From: an uncultured Solirubrobacterales bacterium
Lineage (GTDB): Bacteria > Actinomycetota > Thermoleophilia > Solirubrobacterales > JBBDJG01
DNA: 64,000 bases
Direction: 5' to 3'
NCBI GenBank assembly: GCA_963826005.1
Contig: CAWGVJ010000014.1
Span: 14,017-78,016, forward strand
The stretch's first letter is position 1, and every line of letters starts with the position of its first letter. The position numbers and the translations under genes were made by a program. The notes beneath the pieces were generated by a model. It was not told where the DNA came from. It worked only from the letters and a program-made list of their open reading frames with translations, and made no database searches. Below are positions 22,759 to 35,825 of the stretch, piece by piece.

Positions 22759-23688
22759 GAGCGGGTCGCGTCCCTCGAGCACGGCGATCACGTTCTCGGC
22801 CGCGAGCCGTGCCATCCCGTTCCGCGCCTCCGTCGTGGCGGAGCCGACGTGCGGCGCGAGCACGACGTTCTCGAGCCGGGTCAGCGCGGGCGGCACCTCC
22901 GGCTCCTGCTCGTAGACGTCGAGGCCGGCCGCGAAGAGCGGTCCCTCCTCCAGCGCGCGGGCGAGCGCGGCCGTGTCGACCAGCCCGCCGCGTGACGTGT
23001 TCACCAGTACAGAGCCGGGCTTCATGCGCGCGAGCGCCGCGGCGTCGATCAGGTGACGCGTCTCCGGCGTGAGTGGCACGTGCAGGGTGACGAAGTCCGA
23101 GCGCGCCAGCAGCTCGTCGAGCGACACGTGCTCGGCGCCGAGCCGCGCCTCCTGCTCGGTGTGGCGGGAGCGCGCCGTGTACAGCAGCGTGACCTCGAAG
23201 CCGCGCAGCAACTCGGCCACGCGAGTCCCGATCCGGCCCAGGCCGACGATGCCGACCACGCTTCCCGACAGCTCCCGCCCGAGCAGCTGCGCGGGCTCCC
23301 AGCCGACCCACTCGCCGGCGCGCACCATCCGCTCTGCCTCGCCGACGCGGCGCGCGGCCGCCAGCATCAGCGCCAGCGCCAGCTCCGCCGTCGCGTTCGT
23401 GAGGACGTCCGGAGTGTTCGTGACGACGACGCCATGCTCGCGACAGGCGGCGAGGTCGATGTTGTCGTGGCCGACCGCGAAGTTCGCGACCACCTTCAGC
23501 GAGTCGCCGGCGGCCTCCAGCAGCTCCGCGTCCACCGGCACGGTCGGGTCGGCGATCAGCGCGGCTGCGCCGGCGACGCGCGCCGTCAGATCTCCCGAAC
23601 CGCCGTCCTCAACATCGAAGCGGTCGGCCAGCAGCGCGCGCCCGGCCTCGGGCAGATGGCGCGCGATCACCACCTTGGGGCGGGGCAT
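22744..23688 (-). CDS. D-isomer-specific 2-hydroxyacid dehydrogenase (glyoxylate/hydroxypyruvate reductase-like)
   Basis: Intact 314-aa ORF. GIVGLGRIGTRVA, LHVPLTPETRHLI, NTSRGGLVD, PHVGSAT. Confidence 0.85.
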   Translation of the reverse strand: MPRPKVVIARHLPEAGRALLADRFDVEDGGSGDLTARVAGAAALIADPTVPVDAELLEAAGDSLKVVANFAVGHDNIDLAACREHGVVVTNTPDVLTNATAELALALMLAAARRVGEAERMVRAGEWVGWEPAQLLGRELSGSVVGIVGLGRIGTRVAELLRGFEVTLLYTARSRHTEQEARLGAEHVSLDELLARSDFVTLHVPLTPETRHLIDAAALARMKPGSVLVNTSRGGLVDTAALARALEEGPLFAAGLDVYEQEPEVPPALTRLENVVLAPHVGSATTEARNGMARLAAENVIAVLEGRDPLTPVR

Positions 23689-24051
23689 CTAGACGCGCTG
23701 CAGGTGCGTGTCCGTGAACGCGGACGGATACTTGAGGCCGTATCCCAGCAGGCGATCGAACCCGATGTGCGTCAGCCAGATCAGCGCGACCTGGATCGCC
23801 ACGTCCGAGCCGCCCACCACTCCCACCGTGGCGAGCACGACGGGCCATGCCTCGAAATGCACGATGTCGTAGAGCAGCGCCCCGGCGCGGTCGCCGGCCA
23901 CGTATCCGAGCATCGACAGGTCGGGCGCGAGGATCAGCAGCACGAACGCCAGCGCGCTGAAGCCCTCGTGCACGTACAGCGCGATCGCGGCCCCTCCCAC
24001 CACCGCGCCCTCGAGGCGCAGGAGCGTGCCGGGCAGCCGCTCCAGGCTCAC
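23689..24051 (-). CDS. DUF4260-like small membrane protein
   Basis: 120-aa ORF with 3-4 TM segments, LILAPDLSMLGY...LYDIVH. Confidence 0.6.
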   Translation of the reverse strand: MSLERLPGTLLRLEGAVVGGAAIALYVHEGFSALAFVLLILAPDLSMLGYVAGDRAGALLYDIVHFEAWPVVLATVGVVGGSDVAIQVALIWLTHIGFDRLLGYGLKYPSAFTDTHLQRV

Positions 24052-24055
24052 CGGG

Positions 24056-25569
<1,514 letters not shown>

Positions 25570-25573
25570 AGCC

Positions 25574-26670
25574 TTAGGCCGTTACTCCCGCCTCCATCTT
25601 CTCGATCACGGCGTCGGCCACGTCTGATGTACCGACCGCGGTCGGGTCGTCGCGGCTCGGCTTCATGTCGTAGGTGACCGACTTGCCCTCCTTGATCACC
25701 TCGGCGATCGCCGATTCCATCCGGTTCGCCGCCTCGTGCTCGCGCAGGTAACGCAGCATCATCACACCGCTCAGCATCAGCGCCATCGGGATTCACCTTG
25801 TTCATCCCCTTGTACTTGGGCGCCGAGCCGTGAGTGGCCTCGAACACGGCGTACTCGTCGCCGATGTTCCCGCCGGGCGCCATGCCCGAGGCCGCCGATC
25901 ATGCCGGCGCCGAGGTCGGAGACGATGTCGCCGTACAGGTTGGGCAGCACCACGACGTCGTACTCCTCCGGGCGTGACACGAGCTGGTTGCACAGGTTGT
26001 CGATGATGCGGTCCTCGAACTCGATGTCGGGGTAGGCCTTCGCCACCTCCTGCGCGACGCGCAGGAACAGGCCGTCCGAGAACTTCATGATGTTCGCCTT
26101 GTGCGCGGCGGTCACCTTGCGGCGGCCGTTCTCCTTCGCGTACTCGAAGGCGGAGCTCACGATCCGCGTCGTGCCGTAGACCGAGATCGGCTTGATCGAG
26201 ATGCCGGCGTCCTCGCGGATCTCCTTGCCGGAGATCTCCGCGACCACCTCCCGCAGGCGGGCGGCCTCGGGCGTGCCCATCTCGAACTCGATGCCGGCGT
26301 ACAGGTCCTCGTGGTTCTCGCGCACGATCACGATGTCGGTCTCGGGGAAGCGGGTGCGCACACCCTCGTAGGCCTTGCACGGGCGCAGGCAGCAGTACAG
26401 GTCGAGGTCCTTGCGCAGCGCCACGTTGACCGAGCGAAAGCCGGACCCGACCGGCGTCGTGATCGGGGCCTTCATCGCGATCTTGTTGCGGCGGATCGAC
26501 TCGAGCACGCGGTCGGGCATCGGCGTGCCCTCCTGCTCGTAGACGTCCACGCCCGCGTCCTGCCAGTCCCACTCGAACTCGGGGCCGGTCGCCTCGAGCA
26601 CGCGCGCGGTCGCCTCTGCCAGCTCGGGGCCGGTGCCGTCGCCGCGGATGAACGTCACGGTGTAGCTCAA
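25574..26670 (-). pseudogene. icd: isocitrate dehydrogenase (isocitrate/isopropylmalate dehydrogenase family), 2 frame changes as assembled
   Basis: TTG start 26670 with a [73 protein letters not shown], then [23 protein letters not shown] (25428 frame) and [21 protein letters not shown] (25574 frame). Confidence 0.8.
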
Positions 26671-26731
26671 GTCGCTTCCTCTCGCTCGGAATATCGGTGC
26701 GGGTTCCCCGAAACATAGAGGTAGACGGCGG

Positions 26732-28428
26732 GTGCAGGTAAAGTGGGTCCCGATGGCCGTCGCAGAGCCACAGCGCGCCCGCTCCGGGCCGACGCACGAG
26801 GTGGTGAACCAGGTGCCGCCGCTCGAGCCGTACAACGTGTTCGAGCAGGACCGCGCCCTCGTCGAGGCCCTTCGAGCGCGAGGGCGGCGGCTGGGCGGCC
26901 GACCGCGTCCGCGCGCTGGGTGAGATCGCCGGCGGCGAGGCCGTCGAGTGGGGACGGCTGGCAAACGAGAACGAGCCGGTCCTGCGCACGCACGACCGGT
27001 TCGGGCACCGCATCGACGAGGTCGAGTACCACCCCTCCTACCACCGGCTGCTCGAGGTCACGATCTCGAACGGCATCCATTCCCTTCCCTGGACCGACCC
27101 GCGCCCGGGCGCCCACGTCGCGCGCGCCGCGCTGTTCATGGTCATGGGCCAGGCCGAGGGCGGGCACCTGTGCCCGATCTCGATGACCTACTCGGGCGTG
27201 CCCGCGCTGCGCGCGACTCCCGAGCTGTCGGAGGAATGGGAGCCGCGCATCACCTCCAACTCGTACGACCCGCGGCTCGTGAACGCCGACGACAAGGCCG
27301 GGTCGCTGATCGGAATGGCGATGACCGAGAAGCAGGGCGGCTCCGACGTGCGCGCCAACACGACGGTCGCGCGGCCCATGAACGGCGGCGGTCCTGGCGC
27401 CGAATACGAGATCACCGGCCACAAGTGGTTCTGCTCGGCACCGATGTGCGACGTGTTCCTGGTGCTCGCGCAGGCCGACGGCGGCCTGTCGTGCTTCGTG
27501 CTGCCGCGCATCCTGCCGGACGGCAGTCGCAACGCCTTCCACATCCAGCGGCTGAAGGACAAGCTCGGCAACCGCTCCAACGCCTCGAGCGAGGTCGAGT
27601 TCGACGGCGCCTGGGCGCGCATGCTGGGCGAGGAGGGCCGCGGCGTCCCGACGATCATCGAGATGGTCAACCACACGCGGCTCGACTGCGTGCTGGGGTC
27701 GGCCACGGGCATGCGGTCGGGTGTCGCGCGCGCCACGCACCAGGCGGCGCACCGGGCGGCGTTCGGCAAGACGCTGATCGACCAGCCGCTGATGCAGAAC
27801 GTGCTCGCGGACCTGTGCGTCGAGTCCGAGGCCGCCACGATCACGGGAATGCGGCTCGCGCGCGCCTACGACGAGGCCGGCAGCGACGATCGCGAGAACC
27901 TCTTCAAGCGGCTCGCCACGGCCGTGTCGAAGTACTGGATCTGCAAGCGCGGCGCGGCCCACGCGCACGAGTCGCTCGAGTGCTTCGGCGGCAACGGCTT
28001 CGTCGAGGAGTCCGGCATGCCGCGCCTGTACCGCGAGGCTCCGCTCAACTCGATCTGGGAGGGCTCCGGCAACGTCGCCTGCCTGGACGTACTGCGCGCG
28101 ATGGTGAAGAGCCCGGAGTCGGTGGAGATCTTCTTCGACGAGATCGAGCAGACGGCCGGGTCGGATGCGCGTGTGCGCGACGCCCTGTCCGCGCTGAAGG
28201 GCGAGCTGTCGGACTTCGAGAGCGCGGAGACGCGCGCCCGTCAGCATCGTGGAGCGGATGGCGCTCACCCTGCAGGGTGCGCTGCTCGTGCGCCACGGCG
28301 ACCCGGCGGTCGCTGACGCGTTCTGCGCGTCACGGCTGGCCGGCGACTGGGGTCACGCCTTCGGCACGCTGCCGGCGGGCGTCGACAACCGGGCGATCAT
28401 CGATCGCCACCTGCCGGTCGCGAGCTAA
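26732..28428 (+). pseudogene. AidB-like acyl-CoA dehydrogenase, 2 frame changes as assembled
   Basis: PPLEPYNVFEQDRALVEAL (26732 frame). The long central ORF 27138..28316 has MTEKQGGSDVRANTT, HKWFCSAPMCD, QRLKDKLGNRSNASSEVEF and NSIWEGSGNV. The C-terminus IVERMALTLQGALLVRHGDPAVADAF... ends at TAA 28426-28428. Confidence 0.8.
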
Positions 28429-28505
28429 GCCAAGCCGCAGCACGCGAAACGCGAAAGTTCGAGAGGGCGCCGGTCCTGGTCCGGCAACCCCTACCATCAA
28501 AGGAG

Positions 28506-29702
28506 ATGCTGGGCGGCAGATCGATACCTCTCCTGCGGATCTTCGGCATCCGCATCGGCGTGGACCCGAGTTGGTTCATCGCCCTGTTCATCTTCATCTG
28601 GTGGCTGACCGACTACTACCAGACAGCGCTGCCGGGTGGGCAGGACAGCTCCGCGTTCGGGCTGGCCACGATCAGCGCATTGCTCTTCTTCGTGTCGATC
28701 CTGCTGCACGAGCTGGGCCACGCGGTCGTGGCGATGCGCAACGGGATCACGATCGCCGGCATCGACCTGTGGCTGTTCGGCGGCGTGGCGAAGATGTCCC
28801 GCGACACGCAGTCCCCCGGGGTCGAGTTCCGCGTGGCGGTGGCGGGGCCGGTGGTGACCCTGGTGATCGCGATCGTGTGCGCCGGGCTCGGGATGCTCGT
28901 GGCCGGGAGTGCCGACGAGTTCTGGAGCTCGAGGGCATTCGACGCGCAGGGTTCGACCGGAGCACTCGTCGCGATGCTCGCGTACCTGATGAGCATCAAC
29001 GTGATCCTGCTCGTGTTCAACCTGATCCCGGCGTTCCCGCTCGACGGCGGCCGCATCGCCCGCGCGATCATCTGGAAGGTCTCGGGCGACCGCACGCAGG
29101 CCACCCAGAGCGCGGCGCTGCTCGGGCAGGGCTTCTCCTACATCCTGATCGGGCTCGGGATCGCCGTGCTCGTGGGAGTGGAGGTCCCGCTCGTGGGATC
29201 GGACTTCGTCTCGGCGCTGTGGCTGATCTTCATCGGCATGTTCCTCGGGCAGGCGGCGCGCACGGCGACCTACCAGACCGCTCTGCTGTCGCGCCTCGAG
29301 GGGATCACCGTCTCCGACGTGATGGACGCGGAGCCGGTCGCGGTCCCCGGTGACATGACGATCGGCGAGGCGCTGCACGAGTACTTCCTGCGCTATCGCT
29401 ACGACTGGTTCCCGGTCGTGGACCGCAACGGGCGGTTCCTCGGGATCGTCGATCGCGAGCGCGCCGAGCGCATCCCCGACGACCGCCAGTCGGTGTTCAC
29501 GGTGAGCGAGATACTGAGAGCCGACGACGACAACGTGCGGGTCAGCTCCGACGAGCCGCTCGAGGCGCTGCTCGGCTCCGCTGCCCTCATGCGCCTCGGA
29601 GCGCTGATGGCCGTCGACCGCGACGGGCGCCTCCAGGGGATCGTCACGTGGGACCAGGTCCGGCGTGCACTCCAGCAGCCGACCGGGGCGGCCACCCCGT
29701 AG
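28506..29702 (+). CDS. site-2 protease family (M50) zinc metalloprotease with C-terminal CBS pair
   Basis: Intact 398-aa ORF. HELGHAVVA, NLIPAFPLDGGR, then two CBS-like segments. Confidence 0.85.
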   Translation: MLGGRSIPLLRIFGIRIGVDPSWFIALFIFIWWLTDYYQTALPGGQDSSAFGLATISALLFFVSILLHELGHAVVAMRNGITIAGIDLWLFGGVAKMSRDTQSPGVEFRVAVAGPVVTLVIAIVCAGLGMLVAGSADEFWSSRAFDAQGSTGALVAMLAYLMSINVILLVFNLIPAFPLDGGRIARAIIWKVSGDRTQATQSAALLGQGFSYILIGLGIAVLVGVEVPLVGSDFVSALWLIFIGMFLGQAARTATYQTALLSRLEGITVSDVMDAEPVAVPGDMTIGEALHEYFLRYRYDWFPVVDRNGRFLGIVDRERAERIPDDRQSVFTVSEILRADDDNVRVSSDEPLEALLGSAALMRLGALMAVDRDGRLQGIVTWDQVRRALQQPTGAATP

Positions 29703-29713
29703 CTCCTTGAGGC

Positions 29714-31423
29714 GTGTGCATAGAATCCCGCGCCGTGCCCGAGCATGATGTCCTCGTCATAGGCGCCGGCCTCGCCGGCCAGCGCGCCGCCCTCAGCGCT
29801 GCTCAGGCAGGGGCTTCCGTGGGCATCATCTCCAAGGTCCACCCTGTCCGCTCCCATTCCAATGCGGCCCAGGGCGGGATCAACGCCGCGCTCAACCCTG
29901 AGGACTCCTGGGAGTCGCACGCGTACGACACCGTCAAGGGGTCGGACTACCTGGGTGACCAGGACGCGATCGAGATCATGTGCCGCGAGGCGCCGGAGGA
30001 GCTGCTGCACCTCGAGCACATCGGCGTCACGTTCCACCGCAACGAGGAGGGGCTGCTCGGCACGCGCGCGTTCGGCGGCGCCTCGGCCGCCCGCACCTAC
30101 TACGTCGCCGACATCACGGGGCAGGCGATCCTCCACGTCCTCTACGAGCAGCTCATGAAACACGACGAGGTGCACCGCTACGAGGAGTGGTTCACGACCG
30201 GGCTGGCGCTCGACGAGTCGGGCCATTGCGCGGGGGCGATCACCCGCGACCTGCGCGACGGCTCGACGGAGCTGTTCAGCGCGAAGTCCGTGATCCTGGC
30301 GACCGGCGGGAACGGGCAGTGCTTCAAGCCCACCACCAACGCGCTGATCTGCACGGGCGACGGCATCTCGATGGCATACAAGGTGGGCGCGCCGCTGATG
30401 GACATGGAGATGGTCCAGTACCACCCGACCACTCTGGCCGGGAACGGGCTGCTGATCACCGAGGGCGCACGCGGCGAGGGCGCCCACCTCTACAACGCGC
30501 TGGGCGAGCGCTTCATGGAGAAGTACGCGCCGAACAAGATGGAGCTGGCGTCGCGGGACGTCGTCTCCCGGGCAGAGCAGACCGAGATCAACGAGGGCCG
30601 CGGCTTCCCCGACGGCACCGTGTCGCTCGATATCACGGTGGTGCCGCGCAAGCGGATCCACGAGGCGCTGCGCGAGATCGTGAACGTGGGCCGCGACTTC
30701 GCCGGCGTCGACATCACCAAGGAGCCGATCCACATCAAGCCCGGCAACCACTACGTGATGGGCGGCGTGAAGACCGACGTGGACGGCCAGACCGAAGTCC
30801 CGGGGCTGTACGCGGCGGGCGAGTGCGCGTGCGTCTCGGTCCACGGCGGCAACCGCCTGGGCGCGAACTCGCTGCTCGACACGCTCATCTTCGGCCGCCG
30901 CTCCGGCGCGCACGCCGCCGAGCGTGCCACCGAGCACGCGCTCAACCCGCCCTCGGCCGCGGTGCTCGCGGACGAGGAACGCCACGTGGGCGAGCTGATC
31001 CGCCGCGAGCCCGGCCAGGCGCGGCGGGTCTCCGAGCTCAAACTGGAGCTTGGGACCACGATGGACAAGCACTGCGCCGTGTTCCGCGAGGAAGCGGGCC
31101 TCCAGCAGGCGCTCGAGACGGTGCAGCGCCTGAAGGAGGAGTACCAGGGAGTCGCGATCGACGACCACGGCTCGGTCTTCAACCAGGACCTGATCGGCGC
31201 GATCGAGCTGGGCTACATGATCGACTGCGCCGAGGCGACGGTGATGTCCGCGATCCACCGCAAGGAGAGCCGCGGCGCGCACTTCCGCACCGACTTCCCG
31301 GAGCGCAACGACGAGGAGTGGCTGAAGCACATCAACCTCACGCTCGGCGGCGACGGCGAGCCGCACATCAGCTACTCGCCTGTGACGATTACACAGTGGC
31401 AGCCGGAGGAACGGAAATACTAG
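29714..31423 (+). CDS. sdhA: succinate dehydrogenase/fumarate reductase flavoprotein subunit
   Basis: Intact 569-aa [68 protein letters not shown]. Confidence 0.9.
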   Translation: MCIESRAVPEHDVLVIGAGLAGQRAALSAAQAGASVGIISKVHPVRSHSNAAQGGINAALNPEDSWESHAYDTVKGSDYLGDQDAIEIMCREAPEELLHLEHIGVTFHRNEEGLLGTRAFGGASAARTYYVADITGQAILHVLYEQLMKHDEVHRYEEWFTTGLALDESGHCAGAITRDLRDGSTELFSAKSVILATGGNGQCFKPTTNALICTGDGISMAYKVGAPLMDMEMVQYHPTTLAGNGLLITEGARGEGAHLYNALGERFMEKYAPNKMELASRDVVSRAEQTEINEGRGFPDGTVSLDITVVPRKRIHEALREIVNVGRDFAGVDITKEPIHIKPGNHYVMGGVKTDVDGQTEVPGLYAAGECACVSVHGGNRLGANSLLDTLIFGRRSGAHAAERATEHALNPPSAAVLADEERHVGELIRREPGQARRVSELKLELGTTMDKHCAVFREEAGLQQALETVQRLKEEYQGVAIDDHGSVFNQDLIGAIELGYMIDCAEATVMSAIHRKESRGAHFRTDFPERNDEEWLKHINLTLGGDGEPHISYSPVTITQWQPEERKY

Positions 31424-31433
31424 ACTATTTCCC

Positions 31434-32496
31434 ATGGCTGACTACACCCTTCGAATCCGCCGCTACGAGCCCGAAACGGGCAATGCGCCCTACTGGCAGG
31501 ACTACAAGGTCGACCTCGAGGGGCACCGCAGCGTGCTCGACGGCATCCTCCAGGCCAAGGACCGCGAGGACGGGTCGATCGGCATCCGCTGCTCCTGCCA
31601 GGCCGCGATCTGCGGCTCCTGCGGGGTGCGCGTCAACGGACAGGCGAAGCTGGCGTGCAACACCAAGCTCCAGGATGCGGTCGAGCGCGCGGACGACGGC
31701 GCGATCCTGGTCGAGCCGATGGGCAACATGCCGGTGCTCAAAGACCTGATCGTGAACATGGACGCGGTCCACTGGAAGAAGGTGCAGCGCGTCGTGCCGT
31801 GGCTGTTGCCCGAGGGCCCTCCGCCGGAGCGCGAGTACGTCGTGCCCCCGGAGTCGATGATCGACATCACCCAGTCGATGGCGTGCATCCACTGCGGAGC
31901 GTGCAACTCCGACTGCCTCTCGCTCGAGGTGGACCCGCTGTTCATCGGCCCCGCGGCGCTCGCGAAGGCATACCGCTTCGTGGGCGACCCGCGCGACGGC
32001 CAGACCGAGGAGCGGCTGCGCGACCTCGCCGAGGACCCGCACGGGATCTACGACTGCACGCACTGCTTCAGCTGCATCGAGGTGTGCCCGAAGGGCGTCG
32101 CGCCGATGAGCCAGATCATGCGGCTGCGCCGCAAGGCCGTGCACGACGCAAAGATCAACGACCAGAACAACGGGGCGCGGCCACGAAGGGGCGTTCACGA
32201 ACATCATCCGCAAGAAGGGCACCCTCGACGAGCGCAAGCTCCTCCAGGACAGCCTGGGGCCGCTGCGCCCGCAGGGCGGCATCGCCCTGCTGAAGGCGCT
32301 CCCCACCGGCCTGCGCGGGTTTGCGCGCGGCAAGATCGCGCCGAAGACCGCGCTGTTCCACGAGAAGCTCCCGGGAATGGAGAACGTGCAGCGCATCTAC
32401 GACCACGCCGAGCAGCACCGCATCGAGCTGAACCTCTACATCGTGGGCGAGGGCGGCGAGGAACCAGAGCCGGCCGAGGAGGAGCAGCTCGCATGA
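31434..32496 (+). pseudogene. sdhB: succinate dehydrogenase/fumarate reductase iron-sulfur subunit with ~100-aa C-terminal extension, one frame change near 32175
   Basis: [43 protein letters not shown]. After NDQNNG the reading continues in another frame ([27 protein letters not shown]...EEEQLA) to TGA 32494-32496, overlapping the next ATG (ATGA). Confidence 0.8.
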
Positions 32497-33386
32497 AAGT
32501 CGCCTACTGGCCCGGCTGCGTGTCGCGCGGCTTCACGCCCGAGCTGCACGGCTCGATGGCGCTGGTCGCGGAGCGGCTCGGGATCGAGCTGGTCGAGCTG
32601 GACCGCGCCAACTGCTGCGGGGCCGGCGTGATCGCCGAGCACAACCCCGAGCTGGCCGACACGCTGAACGCGCGCACGTTCGCGATGGCGCAGAAGACGG
32701 GGCACATGATGATGAACATCTGCTCCACCTGCCAGGGCTCGCAGTCGGAGTGCCAGGAGCGGCTCGACGCTGATACCGGTTACCGGGACCACATCAACGA
32801 GGTGCTGGCCCAAGAAGACTTGCACTACGAGCCCGGCGTCACCAACAAGAACTTCCTCTGGCTGCTGATCGAGGACTACGGGCTCGACCAGCTCGTGACG
32901 CACATCAAGCGACCGCTCGCGGGCCTGCGCGTGGGGCCGTTCTACGGCTGCTATGTGCTGCGCCCCACGACGCGGCTCGGATACCAGGAGCACCCCGAGC
33001 GTGACCTCTACATGGAGTGGCTGATCGAGTCGCTCGGCGGCGAGGTCGTGGAGTACGACGGCTCGCGCAAGTGCTGCGGCTTCCCCGTGATCACGATGAA
33101 CCGCGAGACGTCACTGAAGCAGGCCGGCCGCCACATCGGCGACGCCATCGACGAGGGCGCGGACGCGCTCGTCACGCCGTGCCCGCTGTGCCACCTGAAC
33201 CTCGACCTGCAGCAGCCGGACGCGTCCAAGGTCGTCGGCCGCGACCTCGGCCTGCCGGTCCTGCACCTGCCGCAGCTCGTGGGCCTGGCGCTCGGCCTCG
33301 AGCCGAAGGAGCTGGGGATGAACAAGCACGTCGTGCGCACGACCGACGTCGAGCGCAAGCTCGCCGCGGTACCGACGGCCGCGTAG
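32493..33386 (+). CDS. HdrB-like CCG-domain protein (type-E SdhE-like subunit)
   Basis: [13 protein letters not shown]...NCCGAG and a second CCG motif KCCGFPV...[11 protein letters not shown]. 297 aa within ORF 31434..33386. Confidence 0.8.
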   Translation: MKVAYWPGCVSRGFTPELHGSMALVAERLGIELVELDRANCCGAGVIAEHNPELADTLNARTFAMAQKTGHMMMNICSTCQGSQSECQERLDADTGYRDHINEVLAQEDLHYEPGVTNKNFLWLLIEDYGLDQLVTHIKRPLAGLRVGPFYGCYVLRPTTRLGYQEHPERDLYMEWLIESLGGEVVEYDGSRKCCGFPVITMNRETSLKQAGRHIGDAIDEGADALVTPCPLCHLNLDLQQPDASKVVGRDLGLPVLHLPQLVGLALGLEPKELGMNKHVVRTTDVERKLAAVPTAA

Positions 33387-33391
33387 CGCCG

Positions 33392-33580
33392 TTGCCGCGC
33401 CGCCGGATCGTCTTCCTCAAGGACCTCGCCGCCGACCTGCGCCAATCGGTGCGGCGCCGCCCGGAGCGGCCGCCGGACGCGGACGCTCCCGACCGCCGGA
33501 CCGCGGAGGAGCTGGAGCGCCGGCTGGACGCGACCCGCGAACGCCTGCGCCGCGAGATCCCACCGCCGGACGATCCCTAG
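33392..33580 (+). CDS. hypothetical small charged protein (TTG start)
   Basis: In-frame tail of ORF 33017..33580: LPRRRIVFLKDLAADLRQSV...EELERRLDATRERLRREIPPPDDP. Sits directly after the sdh cluster. Weak evidence. Confidence 0.25.
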   Translation: MPRRRIVFLKDLAADLRQSVRRRPERPPDADAPDRRTAEELERRLDATRERLRREIPPPDDP

Positions 33581-35744
33581 CGCCGCTTCGCGCGCACGAC
33601 GAGCGGGACTGAGCCGTCGCCGGCGCTGTTCTCGTCACCCGCCCACTGGGCGACGAAGGCCGCGGTCTTGACCAGCTTCCAGTTGGTGGTGAAGGTGCCG
33701 TTGGATGCCACGGTGGCCGTCAGGGAGACCCAGCCCCGCTCCCCCCGCTCGCGCCGCGAGACCACCACGGTGGCGCCACCCTTGGCCCCGGAGACCCGAC
33801 CGGTGATCCTGATCACGGCGCGTCGCCGGACGGTACGGCGGCTGGTCCGCAACGTCACCTTCGAGGGGTCGCCGCGGTCACCGCCGCTGGTCGTGAAGAG
33901 CAGCGCGCGGCTGTCCGCGAGCAGGAACGCGCTGTTCGAGCCCGTCGCGACAAGCCCATCCGGGGAGGGCTCGTCGGTGCCGACGAGCTGCGGGCGCCAA
34001 GTGCGGCCTCCGTCGGTCGTGCGCAGCACGTAGCCCCCAGGTTCGGAGTCGAACCGCTTGAGCGTGAGGAAGCCTGCCGACGTCGTCGAGAACGACAGGC
34101 CGGTCGCGTCGTCGTTGCCCACGCCCGACAGGTCGAGCCAGTGATCGCCGCGATCACGGGTCTTGTACACCTGACCGTCCTGGCCGAGCGCGAATCCGGT
34201 GCGCGCCGAGACGAAGTCGACCGCCTGGATCAGCGTCTTGCGTGGCAGCCGCACCTTCTGCCAGGTCCGCCCGGCGGTGGTCGAGACGAGGATGTTCTTC
34301 GAGCCGTAGACGAACACGGATCCCCCACCGCGGTCGACGTTGAAGAGCTTGGACCGGTTCAGCAGCCGGCCGCGGATGCGTGTGAACGTGCTGCCTCCGT
34401 CAGTCGACCGCAGCACTCCCTTGGGCCCGACCAGCAGGACGGTCTGCGTGCCGAGCGCGAGCACCGCCTGCGGTCGTGCCGCGGTGCCCGTGTTCAAGAT
34501 CTGCCACGACTCGCCCGCGTTGTCGGTGCGCAGCAGCGTGCCCGCCGCGTCAAGGACGTAACCCGTCTCCTCGTCGATGAAGGACACGTCGATCACGTCC
34601 TCCGACGTCGACACGCCGACCTCGGACCATGTGACGCCACCGTCGTCAGAACGTGCAAGCGCACCGCTCGGCCCGGTCGCGAACACCACCGAGCCGGAGA
34701 GCGCACGGATCCGCTGGAAAGTCGGGCTGAGCCGCTTGCCGACCGGACGCCACGTCGCGCCCGAGTCATCGGTGAGCACCGTGGTCCCGCCGTCTCCGAC
34801 CGCGACCGCGTTGTTGGGCGAGCTGAACGACGCCGCCAGGATCTTCTGGGTCGAGGCAGTGACCGACGACCAGCGTCGCACCCCCGTCGATGGTACGGAG
34901 CACGGCCTGGCTGCCGTTCGCCAGCAGACAGACGAGCGCCGTGGCGCAGCGGATGCCTCGTAGCCCTGACACGCCAGGCGGGCGCCGCTGGCGTCCAGGT
35001 CAGACCGCCGTCGGTGGTGCTCAGCACGACGCCGCCGGTGCCCACGGCGTAGCCCACGAGTCGGTGGGGAAGTGGACGCTGTTGAGCGGTGGGTCTGCCC
35101 GCGTGAACCTGCGTCCAGGAGCTCGCCCCGTCGATGGTCCGGTAGATCCCGCCGGACAGGCTCACGGCCACCCCGGTGTCCGGCGTGAGGAAACTGACAT
35201 CCGTCGGCTTGTATGGCTGGCTGCCCGCACCGGTGACCGGTACCGATGTCTTGCGTGACCAGGTGCGCCCCCCGTCGGCAGTGCTCAGCACGGAGCCGTC
35301 CTCGAGCACGAGATACCCGGTCTGGTCGGTGGGAAAGTCGAAGGCCGCAAGCTGGGAGGAGCAGCGCAGGTCGGTTGCCGTCCACGGGAGCCGCGTGAGC
35401 GTCTGGCCGCCGTCGTCCGAACGGCGCAACGCGCAATCTCCGCCGATGACGACCGAGTCCGCGTCGATCAGGCTGATGCGGTCCAGCGGAACCGTCAGCC
35501 CCGTGGCCGAGCCGCGCCAGGTCGTGCCCCCGTCATCGGTGCTGAGCAGCGTCCCGAAAAAGCCCGCGGCATACCCGCTCGCCCCATCGAACTCGAGTGC
35601 CTGGATCGTCTGGCCCTGCGGGTTGGGGTTGCCCCACTCCCAGCCCGAGTGACCGACGGTGACCGCGGCCGGGGTGGAGGCCGGGGTGACACAGATGATC
35701 GCCGCCACCACTGCCAGTGCAAGAGCTGTTCGACTCGTGATCAT
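33577..35744 (-). pseudogene. secreted BNR/Ycf48-like beta-propeller protein, frame changes around 34900-35060
   Basis: Signal peptide MITSRTALALAVVAAIICVTPASTPAA (start 35744). Many S.D.G.TW repeats (STDDGGTTW, RSDDGGQT, STADGGRTW, TTDGGLTW, SDDGGVTW, TDNAGESW, STDGGSTF, TTDGGRTW). N-terminal part in ORF 34593..35804, remainder in ORF 33577..35436. Confidence 0.7.
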
Positions 35745-35825
35745 CCTCGCACCCCCAAAGCTCGATCGGTCGATCGGTCCGGCGGCTTTAACTCGCCGGG
35801 GCACGAGGAGTTGCGCTTCGCGCCG

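Noticed and set aside
19636-23311. Very long antisense ORFs (19636..21363, 21209..23311). Similar ones occur at 1050..2363, 13758..15116, 26667..28268, 29399..31435 and 46981..49197.
   Set aside because: Arg/Ala/Pro/Gly-rich composition typical of non-coding frames in 70% GC DNA. Each lies opposite a gene with clear family motifs.
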